A stretch of 16,801 nt of DNA from an uncultured Bacteriovoracaceae bacterium (GTDB taxonomy: Bacteria > Bdellovibrionota > Bacteriovoracia > Bacteriovoracales > Bacteriovoracaceae): contig CAXGUD010000067.1 of NCBI GenBank assembly GCA_964012805.1, positions 1-16,801 on the forward strand, read 5' to 3'. The position numbers and the translations under genes are program-made. Shown piece after piece: positions 7,967 to 16,493 of this stretch (position 1 is the first letter of the stretch; each line of letters starts with the position of its first letter). The notes under the pieces were generated by a model. The model was not told the origin of the DNA. It searched no databases and worked only from the letters and a program-made list of their open reading frames with translations.

Positions 7967-8803
7967 ATGAGAGAACAACACGAGTTGTTAAAATTTATTA
8001 AAGGAAGAGAGGAGCAAAAATTTGTTCTTGTCACCATTACAGATACCGAGGGATCCACCTATAGGAAAAAAGGTTCTAAAAAATTAATTGCTGCGAATGG
8101 AACAAGTGTTGGACTAATAAGTGGTGGCTGCCTTGAATCAGAAATAATTGAACAGGCCTTAAAGATGGAAGGAAAAAGCTTTTCCTGCGTCATTGATACG
8201 ACATCTGAACTAGATAGGGTTTTTGGCTACTCTATAGGTTGTCAGGGCAAAATATATTTAAACTTTGAAAAGTTAAAGGGCAAAGATCTATTTTCTAAGA
8301 AGGAATTTCAACCGGATTTAGAAGAGACCCTAGATATTTTTGTTTTTGGGGCAGGTCCGGATATTTTGCCTTTAAAAGAACTATTAGATTGGATGAGATG
8401 GCGTGTAACTTTCTACACCCATAGGTCTGACCAATTTGAAGAAAAAAAACGTTTGAATTGGAATATTAATAAGATTGACCCTTTTAGCTTTGAAGTTTCG
8501 ATTCCTTGTCCTGAAAGAACTGCTTTACTTTTAATGTCACATAATTATCCCTCTGATTTAGAACTGCTAAGGTACTTTCTTAATTACCCTATTGGCTATA
8601 TAGGTATTTTAGGCCCTCATCAAAAAAGAGAGCAGATGCTCAAAGATTTAAAAAATGTTTATAATACTGATATTTCAGGCGAATCTCTATCAAAAATCTA
8701 TGGGCCCATGGGGATTAAAAATTTAGGTCGTGGTGAATCGGCCATTGCCCTCTCAATTGTTTCTCAACTACAATCAATTTTTTTTAACAAAGAAGGGCAT
8801 TAA
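7967..8803 (+). CDS. xdhC: XdhC/CoxF-family molybdenum-hydroxylase maturation factor
   Basis: LVTITDTEGSTYRKKG...GLISGGCLE, IGCQG, VFGAGPD, LMSHNYPSDL, YIGILGP and the C-terminal GPMG...IALSIVSQL. It lies next to molybdoenzyme genes. Confidence 0.9.
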   Translation: MREQHELLKFIKGREEQKFVLVTITDTEGSTYRKKGSKKLIAANGTSVGLISGGCLESEIIEQALKMEGKSFSCVIDTTSELDRVFGYSIGCQGKIYLNFEKLKGKDLFSKKEFQPDLEETLDIFVFGAGPDILPLKELLDWMRWRVTFYTHRSDQFEEKKRLNWNINKIDPFSFEVSIPCPERTALLLMSHNYPSDLELLRYFLNYPIGYIGILGPHQKREQMLKDLKNVYNTDISGESLSKIYGPMGIKNLGRGESAIALSIVSQLQSIFFNKEGH

Positions 8804-8806
8804 TTA

Positions 8807-9343
8807 ATGATTAGCGTTGTGTTGGCCGCTGGCATGTCTTCTCGCTTTGGTCAAAGTAAACTGTCTTATGTTTTGGATGATAAACCTCTCATTCATTACG
8901 TTTTGGATTCTTTGTATCAATTTATGGAAGTCAATGTGATTGTAGGTCATTATGAAAATGAAATTCGCTCCATTTTACCTGATTATGTTTCTCGAATAAT
9001 TAAAAACAATAAATATCAATTGGGGATAGGCTCCTCAGTGCAGTTGGCTATAGACTTGGCCAGAAGTAAAAAAGAAGACCTCCTTCTGACTTTGGGAGAT
9101 TTGATTTATGTTAATTCGAAAGATTATAAAAAGTTGATTAATAATTTTAAAGGAGAAACTCTTTACTCTTCATTTAGTGGAACTTACGGGCCTCCATGCA
9201 TCATTCCTTTTCATGTTTTAAATGATATGAAGGATTTGCCAGAAAAAGCTGGTCTTAAAGGAATGATAAAAAATTTTCATACAACTTTCATTGAAAATGC
9301 AAAGAGAGATGTAGACTTTTTAAGCAATATCCATATGGTCTGA
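8807..9343 (+). CDS. mocA: MocA-like molybdenum cofactor cytidylyltransferase (nucleotidyltransferase family)
   Basis: VVLAAGMSSRFGQSKL, NKYQLGIGSSV, LTLGD, GPPCI and the terminal RDVD. It starts 3 nt after the xdhC stop. The xanthine-oxidase-family context implies MCD rather than MGD synthesis (inference). Confidence 0.8.
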   Translation: MISVVLAAGMSSRFGQSKLSYVLDDKPLIHYVLDSLYQFMEVNVIVGHYENEIRSILPDYVSRIIKNNKYQLGIGSSVQLAIDLARSKKEDLLLTLGDLIYVNSKDYKKLINNFKGETLYSSFSGTYGPPCIIPFHVLNDMKDLPEKAGLKGMIKNFHTTFIENAKRDVDFLSNIHMV

Positions 9344-11533
9344 AACCGGCAAGTGTCGGATCCTTTTCTTTGTCGCTCTAAAAATTGCATTACATAAGGC
9401 AGGAGCAACAACAGGCACACCAGGCTCACCTGCACCTGTAGGTTTTTCTGAACTTTTAATAACTTCAGTATGAATTTTTGGCGTCTGCGCCATAGTTAGA
9501 AGAGGGTAGTCATCAAAGTTTCCTTGAACAACCTTACTATTCTCAATTTCAATTTTCCCCATTAATGCAGCTGTTAAACCAAAAATAACTGAACTCATTA
9601 ATTGAGCATGAACTCCATCTGGATTTAGAGCGGTGCCACAGTCTAAAGCAATCCAAACATTTTTTAAAACTAAGGACTTTTTATATTCAACTTCTATTAC
9701 GGCAGCAGCATAAGATTTGAAGCTAAAGTGAGTCGCGAGCCCCAAGGACTCACCTTTTTTTTCTTCCCAGCCTGACATCTTTTTTACGGTTTGCAAGACA
9801 TTCAATTGTCTTGAATTTTGTTTGAGACGGGATTCTCTAAATTTCATAGGGTCAATTCCGGCCTTATGAGCGACTTCGTCAACAAAACATTCAACAAAAA
9901 AAGCGTTTTGACTATGCCCAACAGACCGCCAGAATTGCGTTGTGACCGGCGGGTTTGTTTTTTGCCAAAGAATTTGAGCACCTTTTAAATTATAAGGAGC
10001 TAGTGCACCTTCTTTTATAGACATGCTATCAGCAAAAAGAAGAGCAAATTCCCCTAATTTCTTAGGAAGCGTATTACCCATCCAGGAAGGTGTCATTGAT
10101 GAAATCATTTTTGGCAAAAGGTCTTTAGCAATAGATTGCGTTGCGATAGATTGTTTCCAATAGAAGTCAGAGGCATCCTTATTAAAGGAAGCTTTAATTC
10201 GGGAAAAGACATAGGGTCTGTAAAAGCCATGCCTCATATCATCTTCCCTCGAGTAGATTAATTTGACAGGTTTTTTTATTTTATTGCTAATTTCCGTAGC
10301 ACTTCTTAAGGCATCCATTTCACCCCTTCTTCCAAAGCCACCCCCAAGAGATGATGATTCAACCGTAATTTTTTCTCTTGAAATTCCAGTTATCTCAGAA
10401 ACAACAGGCTGGACAGCTCCAGGTGATTGAGTTGGTAGCCATACGTGGGCCTCATCTTTTTTAACCCATACTGTGGCATTTTGTGGTTCCATAGTGGCGT
10501 GTGCTAGGAAGGGGACAGAGTATTCTGCTTCAACCTCGTGGTCTAATTTCTTATAACCGGCTCCTTCACTAAGCAGCTCTTTTCCTTCAAAGTTCTTTGT
10601 TAAGTTCTTACACTCTATTTCATACTTTTTAGAACTAAAAAGGTTTTTTGGTTTTTTCCATTTACCTTTGAACAATTCTTTCGCTTTTATGGCCTGCCAG
10701 TATTTGTCGGCGACTATCGTAAAACCGATTGTAATTGGGAAGACATGCCTTACACCATCAATTTTTAAAAGTTCACTCTCATTACATGATAAGGGAGTTG
10801 ATCCGAACTCAGGAAAAGGGATGATTACAGCGGAGAGTGCATTTTTTATGCCTCCATCAATACCATACTGCTCTTTTCCAGTAACTTTTTTTAAGTTATC
10901 GACACGTTTTATATATTTTCCAATATATTTACTGTTTTTTATATCAAGATTGTGGTCTGCAGACTTTACTTCAACCTTTGCGGCAAATTTGGATAAATCC
11001 TGGTAAGAGATTGATTGTTTTCCGTAGGTGACGTATCCACCATTTGTCTTAAGAGTTTTTTCAGGGATATTTAACTTTTTACTTGCTGCATAGATCATTG
11101 TTGCTCTAATAGAAGCGCCTATTTTAAGCATATGCTTCCATTCAGTCGATGTTGATAGACTTGCACCTGTCCCCTGCATTTTAAAGGCCTTGTGTGCATA
11201 GACTTTATCTGCTGGGGCATTGACGACTTCTAAAAGTTCAATAGGGTAATCCATAGCTTCACAAATGAGAGAAGCAAGTCCTGTAGAGATCCCTTGGCCC
11301 ATTTCACTTCTTGGGCAAGTAAAGATTAAGGGACCTTTTTCTGGAATATGAATCCATGCGTTTATAAATTCATTACTATCTTTACTTGCGACATTTGATC
11401 CACTTGATGAACAAGAGGTTAGAGGGAAGCCAAATGTAACTCCAGCACTTGTTCCAGCCGCTATTTTTAAAAACGATCTTCTCGAAACTTTTAGAGGGCC
11501 CAATTCATTTTCATTTTTATCGACGTTTTTCAA
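9320..11533 (-). CDS. iorB: Xanthine dehydrogenase-family molybdopterin-binding subunit, isoquinoline 1-oxidoreductase beta (IorB)-like, with Tat signal
   Basis: SRRSFLK twin-arginine motif, PRSEMGQG, HATMEPQNA, LGGGFGRR, SREDDM, WRSVGHSQNAFFVECFVDE and GAGEPGVP (catalytic Glu motif). TTG start with a purine-rich RBS. The actual substrate cannot be determined from sequence. Confidence 0.9.
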   Translation of the reverse strand: MKNVDKNENELGPLKVSRRSFLKIAAGTSAGVTFGFPLTSCSSSGSNVASKDSNEFINAWIHIPEKGPLIFTCPRSEMGQGISTGLASLICEAMDYPIELLEVVNAPADKVYAHKAFKMQGTGASLSTSTEWKHMLKIGASIRATMIYAASKKLNIPEKTLKTNGGYVTYGKQSISYQDLSKFAAKVEVKSADHNLDIKNSKYIGKYIKRVDNLKKVTGKEQYGIDGGIKNALSAVIIPFPEFGSTPLSCNESELLKIDGVRHVFPITIGFTIVADKYWQAIKAKELFKGKWKKPKNLFSSKKYEIECKNLTKNFEGKELLSEGAGYKKLDHEVEAEYSVPFLAHATMEPQNATVWVKKDEAHVWLPTQSPGAVQPVVSEITGISREKITVESSSLGGGFGRRGEMDALRSATEISNKIKKPVKLIYSREDDMRHGFYRPYVFSRIKASFNKDASDFYWKQSIATQSIAKDLLPKMISSMTPSWMGNTLPKKLGEFALLFADSMSIKEGALAPYNLKGAQILWQKTNPPVTTQFWRSVGHSQNAFFVECFVDEVAHKAGIDPMKFRESRLKQNSRQLNVLQTVKKMSGWEEKKGESLGLATHFSFKSYAAAVIEVEYKKSLVLKNVWIALDCGTALNPDGVHAQLMSSVIFGLTAALMGKIEIENSKVVQGNFDDYPLLTMAQTPKIHTEVIKSSEKPTGAGEPGVPVVAPALCNAIFRATKKRIRHLPVSDHMDIA

Positions 11534-11549
11534 CTTCTTCTCCCTCTTT

Positions 11550-12005
11550 TTATGAGTTTACTTCTGAAGATTTTTTAATCGCCTTAATTATTCTAGGGTA
11601 AGTACCACATCGGCAAAGATTGTCCATCCACTCTCTTATTTCTTCTTCTGTTGGGTTTGGAGATAGTTTTAAAAGGGCATAGGCTTTTAGTATCTGTCCT
11701 GGTTGGCAATATCCACATTGGGCGACGTTCTCTTCCATCCAGTTTTTCTGAAGATTTGTAAGGTTTTTATCATTCTTACTTATACCTGAAAGGGTTGTCA
11801 CTTCTTTCCCTTTTAAGTCTTTTAGAGGTGTAACACAAGATTTAGCTGGCTCACCGTTTACCAAAATTGTGCATGCTCCACAGACTCCTTTCCCGCACCC
11901 AAACTTGAGTGACTCATCTCCGAGCTCTTCTCGAATGGCCCAAAGAGAAGCTGTTTCTTCTGGTATGTTAACTTCGCTTTTCTTGTCATTTAAATTGAAC
12001 TTCAT
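11550..12005 (-). CDS. iorA: 2x[2Fe-2S] small subunit, IorA/CoxS-like
   Basis: KFGCGKGVCGACT...SC and QCGYCQPG...NLCRCGTY. ATG 12005 is better spaced from AAGGA than the track's TTG 12011. It ends 16 nt before the large-subunit start. Confidence 0.93.
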   Translation of the reverse strand: MKFNLNDKKSEVNIPEETASLWAIREELGDESLKFGCGKGVCGACTILVNGEPAKSCVTPLKDLKGKEVTTLSGISKNDKNLTNLQKNWMEENVAQCGYCQPGQILKAYALLKLSPNPTEEEIREWMDNLCRCGTYPRIIKAIKKSSEVNS

Positions 12006-12214
12006 TTCCAATTCCTTATTAACCTTTGTTAAATATTAAAATTAATTTATCAGTAGGGAAATAGGTTTTTTTAAATTATAAGATCTGAAATTAAATAGTT
12101 ATTGGGTCATTACACGTAAATGAAAAAAAGTGAGAACTCTTTTCAGAGAACCAAAAGAATCAACTTTAATATAAAAAAGAATTTAATGTGACTTTTAAAT
12201 TTTTTTTACGTTTC

Positions 12215-14953
12215 TTATTCTTTTTTTACATAAGGTAATGTAATTGAAAACTTAGTTCCTTCATCAATTTTACTAGTCACACTTATGTTGCCACCAAGTT
12301 TCTCGACTTCATCTCTGACAGCATCCATCCCAATACCTCTACCTGAAAGGTAAGATACTTGTTCTTTTGTAGAAAGTCCTGGAAGAAATATTGAATTTAT
12401 AAGTTCTGATTCATCAAGCTTTTGAATATTATCTTCTGGCATTAATTCATTTTTAAGGAGCTTTTGCTTTATTTTTTTCGTATTAATTCCTCTACCATCA
12501 TCATTCATATTGATAATAAAGTTATCTCCATTACTTATAAATTCGACTGTAATAACTCCTTTTTGACTTTTTGTTTTTTCTATTCTTTCATCCTCTGTTT
12601 CAATACCATGATCAACCATGTTTCTAAAAATATGTATAGAGGTATCAATAAGGTTTGAAAATATTGAATAGTCAACCAGAACCTTGTCACCCTTTATTTG
12701 AAAATCTATAACTTTTCCCTGTTCCTTTGCAATTTCGTCAATAAGCTGCTTATATCGACTAAACTTTTCTTTAATATCTGTAAGAATATAATTTTTTTGA
12801 ATATGTGATCTGAGCGTATTTAAAGAATCGGTTTCATCTATTATTGAAAAAAGTTTGGAGACTTCAATGGCATTTCCTTCTTCAACCATAAATTTGTTAG
12901 CGGCTTGAACTACAGTATGATTTTTCTTTAAAAAATCTTGAAAACTCAATCGAAATGAATAAATTTCAATGTTTAATTTATCAAGCTCATTCTTATCAAT
13001 AACAGACTCTATAACGTTTAGTAAGTTTATAAGGGAATTAACTCCAAATAACCCCCATCTTGCCTTTAATGTATGAAATGATCTAAAGAGTTCTTCTTTA
13101 TTTTGGAAATTATCTCTGTAAGAATCTAAAATAGAATATGTGTCATCAACTAAATCAACAAAATCGACTGGACTTTTGAGGCAATTGTTTACGAAAGTGA
13201 CATTCTCTTTGTCTAATTCCAGCTTTTTTTGAAGGTTTAACTCATTTGTTTTGTCTGATGCAATTAGAATTAAATTACTAATTTTTGTTTTGGATCTTTT
13301 TTCATAAATTGGACGAAACTCTAACTCTACATACCTTCCTTTCGTTCCTTCAAAACTTTTTGGGGCCAGCTGGTTAAGGTCTTTAAAAGGAAGCCTTCCT
13401 TCAAAAACTATATGGATCCATTTTTTTAAAGAGTCTCTCTTAATTGGCTTTTTAAAAATGACGTCCCAAATTTTTAATCCCTTATTTTCTGATTCATGAA
13501 GGTTTGTTTCAAGCAATTTTTCTGTAATTTTAGTAGCACCTTGCTGAATGACCCCCTTCTTATCTATAGTTAAATAGCCTTGCTCAAGGTTATTCATGAT
13601 GTATTTCATTCTCATTTTTTGCTTATGGGAATTTTGAAGGAAGAGCTCTACTTGTGCTTTTTCAATTTCCAAGTCCTTGTTTTTTAAATCCAATTCTTCC
13701 GTTTTTTCTTTTACTTTCCTCTCTAAACCTCGTCTTGATTCTTCCAAAAGATCAGAAAGGTTTTTTTCTTTTTCAAGTGAAAGTTCCTGTTGGTAATTAA
13801 ATTTATAGGCAAGGCCCATGGATAATAAGACCATTTGGATGCAGGTTCCAATTAAGGCAGCGTTAGAGGTGAAAAAGTTGGCTTGAAAAAAACCGATTGT
13901 CATTAACACTTTAACGATTGTACCTAAGATCATTGAAGAGAAAGCTAAGATATAGTATTTGGAAGGTTTAAAACCTCTAAGGTAAAAATGAAAGTTAATA
14001 ATCAATAATGTAGGTAGTATAAAAAGAGTGTTGGCCATTAACGAGAATAAAGAAATGGAATATCTAAAAAAAAGACTAAAAACAATTACTAAAATGCATG
14101 AAAATATAAATACTAAAAAAAGATTAAATAATTTTTTATGTTCACTTCTATTTATTTCCAAGTAAGTCATAGTGAAAGTAGTTGTAAAAAGGCTTGAAAA
14201 ACCACCAAATAAACCTACACCTTGATTGGAAAACCATGGGTAATCTGGAAAAACAAATTGAAAACCAAAACCCTCAGTGGTTAATAACGTCAGACCATAA
14301 AAAAGAACATAAAAAATATAGTGAAGATAACTAATATCCTTTGTGGCAATAAGAATAAATAAATTATAGAAAAACATTATAAAAATAAAGCCAAAGAGAA
14401 TACCAAAACCGAAATTATTTTCTCCTTCTTCATGAAACGTCTCAATTTTCGATTGTATTTCAACATTTATTTGAGTCGTTGTTCCTCTTACTTTTAAATA
14501 ATAAACAGTATCTTTGTTGGGAGAAATTTCAAAAATAAAAAATCGGCTTTTTATTTTGCGAGAATCAAATGAGTATAAATCTCCTCTTGTTTCAAGCTCC
14601 CAGCTTCCTTCTTTTTTAAAGTAAAAATCGATGTGATCCTGTCGAAAGTGTTTATATATTAAATTCCATTTTTTTTGACCAGAGTTATTTCGTATTTTTA
14701 ATTTAACCCAAAATGAGGAAGAAGATAGCCCAAAATTTGGTATGTCAACTGTACTTTTTTTAAATTTATTTTTCCACTTAGAGCTTTCAATTTCATGGAT
14801 AGATAAAGAATTATTCGGGTCCTCAAGAATGTATAGGTTAAGACCAATTTTATATCTATCACTTTTATCTTTTAATACAACAGGTGTTATTTCTGAAAAC
14901 AATGGTCCCGATATAAGAAAAAATATAAAAATTTGGTAAAGCTTATTAATCAC
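12215..14953 (-). CDS. Membrane sensor kinase: 7TM-DISM extracellular domain + 7TM + coiled coil + PAS-like + Hpt + CheA-type HATPase
   Basis: Signal peptide, then ILEDP...PNFGLSSSSFWVKL...HIDFY (DISMED2-like), GILFGFIFIMFFYNLFIL...YLHYIFYV and further TM helices ending LLSMGLA. After these come MNNLEQGYLTIDKKG (PAS-like start), LFRSFHTLK (Hpt His627), HIFRNMVDHGIE (N box), DDGRGI (G1), IFLPGLST (F) and SGRGIGMDAV (G2). It ends right after the ATPase domain. Confidence 0.88.
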   Translation of the reverse strand: MINKLYQIFIFFLISGPLFSEITPVVLKDKSDRYKIGLNLYILEDPNNSLSIHEIESSKWKNKFKKSTVDIPNFGLSSSSFWVKLKIRNNSGQKKWNLIYKHFRQDHIDFYFKKEGSWELETRGDLYSFDSRKIKSRFFIFEISPNKDTVYYLKVRGTTTQINVEIQSKIETFHEEGENNFGFGILFGFIFIMFFYNLFILIATKDISYLHYIFYVLFYGLTLLTTEGFGFQFVFPDYPWFSNQGVGLFGGFSSLFTTTFTMTYLEINRSEHKKLFNLFLVFIFSCILVIVFSLFFRYSISLFSLMANTLFILPTLLIINFHFYLRGFKPSKYYILAFSSMILGTIVKVLMTIGFFQANFFTSNAALIGTCIQMVLLSMGLAYKFNYQQELSLEKEKNLSDLLEESRRGLERKVKEKTEELDLKNKDLEIEKAQVELFLQNSHKQKMRMKYIMNNLEQGYLTIDKKGVIQQGATKITEKLLETNLHESENKGLKIWDVIFKKPIKRDSLKKWIHIVFEGRLPFKDLNQLAPKSFEGTKGRYVELEFRPIYEKRSKTKISNLILIASDKTNELNLQKKLELDKENVTFVNNCLKSPVDFVDLVDDTYSILDSYRDNFQNKEELFRSFHTLKARWGLFGVNSLINLLNVIESVIDKNELDKLNIEIYSFRLSFQDFLKKNHTVVQAANKFMVEEGNAIEVSKLFSIIDETDSLNTLRSHIQKNYILTDIKEKFSRYKQLIDEIAKEQGKVIDFQIKGDKVLVDYSIFSNLIDTSIHIFRNMVDHGIETEDERIEKTKSQKGVITVEFISNGDNFIINMNDDGRGINTKKIKQKLLKNELMPEDNIQKLDESELINSIFLPGLSTKEQVSYLSGRGIGMDAVRDEVEKLGGNISVTSKIDEGTKFSITLPYVKKE

Positions 14954-15231
14954 TTAAATCCGCCAAATGGTTTGAAAACTCCTTGAATTTATCGATATTT
15001 AAAGGGGTAAAATTGAGTCTTTTTGTGTACTTTTTTATGGCTTTCTTAACTTAATATAAATGTTATTTAAAAATATTATTTTTATTTCTATTTAAAATAC
15101 CTTTTCGTGTTCGATTTGAAGTGCCTAAAATAAGATTTATTAAGAAAACATCTTACATTGTTTAGACCGATGTATTTGGGAACCAAAAATTTAATTTAGT
15201 TATGTTATATTTGTGATGGAGATCAAGCTAT

Positions 15232-16290
15232 ATGAAAACTTTTAAAAAACCCTTAATCTTTTTATTTTTCACATGTGGTTTTTTGTTTCTTCTATTATAT
15301 ACCTTTCAAGTGCAAATTGGTTTAAAGCTTTTAGAGGAAGGCATCAAGGATGATTGTAAAGACTTCATGTGGAAAAAATTAAAAGTAAAAAGTAGCTATC
15401 AAACAGAAACTTTTTACCTTAAAAAAGAAGGTATCGGAGTTCCCATTGTCATTTTTCCTGGTGGCTCCATGGAAGCCACAATGCTTTGTGTTTTTTCAGA
15501 AATTTTTAAAAAAGAAAAACGGCCCTTATACATTCTTGAACATCCTGGGCATGGGAAAAATAAATCACCTTCTATTAAAGCTTTAAAAAAAGAAGTTTTA
15601 GATGGGCATCATTGGGCCCTTTCTTACAGCGAACATGCTCTAAAAACTTTGGACAGAATCGGATTAAAGAAATTTGACCTTATAGGTTATAGTCTTGGAG
15701 GAGGTACTGCTGCTTTTCTGATGGCCAATAAACCTCGAATGGTAGGACGTGGGGTACTTATAGCACCTGCTGGAGTAAGCATGGTCTATACAGAACGTTT
15801 ACTGAGTATAATAAAAAGAGGCCTTTTTAAGGAAACTTACGCTTGGGAAACTCTTGAAGAACTTGAGGGTCTTTTAAGTTTTCTTGGTATGGACCCAACA
15901 AAGGTTCCTCTTTTTATAAAGAGGGGAATAGTCCAATACAGGTTAAATCACTATGGGTTAGATTATTGGCCAACATACTTTAATTCTTATCAAAACCTCG
16001 ATATAAAATATCCGGATAGAGTTCTTACAGACTTGGTGAAAGACAAAAATATTCCGCCTACCCTGGTTATCGGATTAGAAAAAGACAAAATTGTAGATGT
16101 TAACAAGTTGCCTATATTTTCAAAACTGCTAGGCGCCCAATTTACTAAAGTGTTGGGATCGGGACATGCTGCTCATTCCAAAAAAGAACCTTTAATAAAT
16201 AACTTTTATAAAGGTTTATCTCCTCTCATAAAATCTTTTTTGAAAGAAGGAAGCTCAAATACTCCAAAGTCTTACGGGCCGATAAACTAG
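15232..16290 (+). CDS. Alpha/beta-fold hydrolase (lipase/esterase-like) with N-terminal membrane anchor or signal
   Basis: Hydrophobic N-terminus, IFPGG oxyanion region, EHPGHG, LIGYSLGG nucleophile elbow, LIAPAG, EKDKIV acid and SGHA His. Confidence 0.88.
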   Translation: MKTFKKPLIFLFFTCGFLFLLLYTFQVQIGLKLLEEGIKDDCKDFMWKKLKVKSSYQTETFYLKKEGIGVPIVIFPGGSMEATMLCVFSEIFKKEKRPLYILEHPGHGKNKSPSIKALKKEVLDGHHWALSYSEHALKTLDRIGLKKFDLIGYSLGGGTAAFLMANKPRMVGRGVLIAPAGVSMVYTERLLSIIKRGLFKETYAWETLEELEGLLSFLGMDPTKVPLFIKRGIVQYRLNHYGLDYWPTYFNSYQNLDIKYPDRVLTDLVKDKNIPPTLVIGLEKDKIVDVNKLPIFSKLLGAQFTKVLGSGHAAHSKKEPLINNFYKGLSPLIKSFLKEGSSNTPKSYGPIN

Positions 16291-16317
16291 TATTTGCGTT
16301 AAGTGTTAGTATTAGAC

Positions 16318-16354
16318 AAGTGGCTTTTTTTAAAAATGCACTTTTCTCTTTTTC
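16318..16354 (+). terminator. Possible weak intrinsic terminator after the hydrolase
   Basis: Imperfect stem AAGTGGC...GCACTT with inner T/A tracts, followed by a T-rich tail, 28 nt after the stop. The stem is weak. Confidence 0.25.
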
Positions 16355-16493
16355 TCAGATCCCCACATCACTTATCAACAAAGTTTTTATTGTTTTTGGT
16401 AACTAAATTGCAAATGGGATGAACATTTGTTACCTTCTCCAACTTCTTTTAACTGAGTAAAATCGACCCTTTAAGTTATGCCGGAGGTAAACT

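Noticed and set aside
10668..11006. 112-aa plus-strand ORF
   Set aside because: It is an antisense shadow inside the iorB-like gene.
1371..12005. An isoquinoline pathway linking the coclaurine-N-methyltransferase-like gene and the isoquinoline-oxidoreductase-like genes
   Set aside because: Both names are broad family labels that do not predict substrate, and the genes are about 7 kb apart in separate transcription units.
12464..14939. Plus-strand ORFs 12464..12658 and 14742..14939
   Set aside because: Both are short antisense shadows within the sensor kinase.
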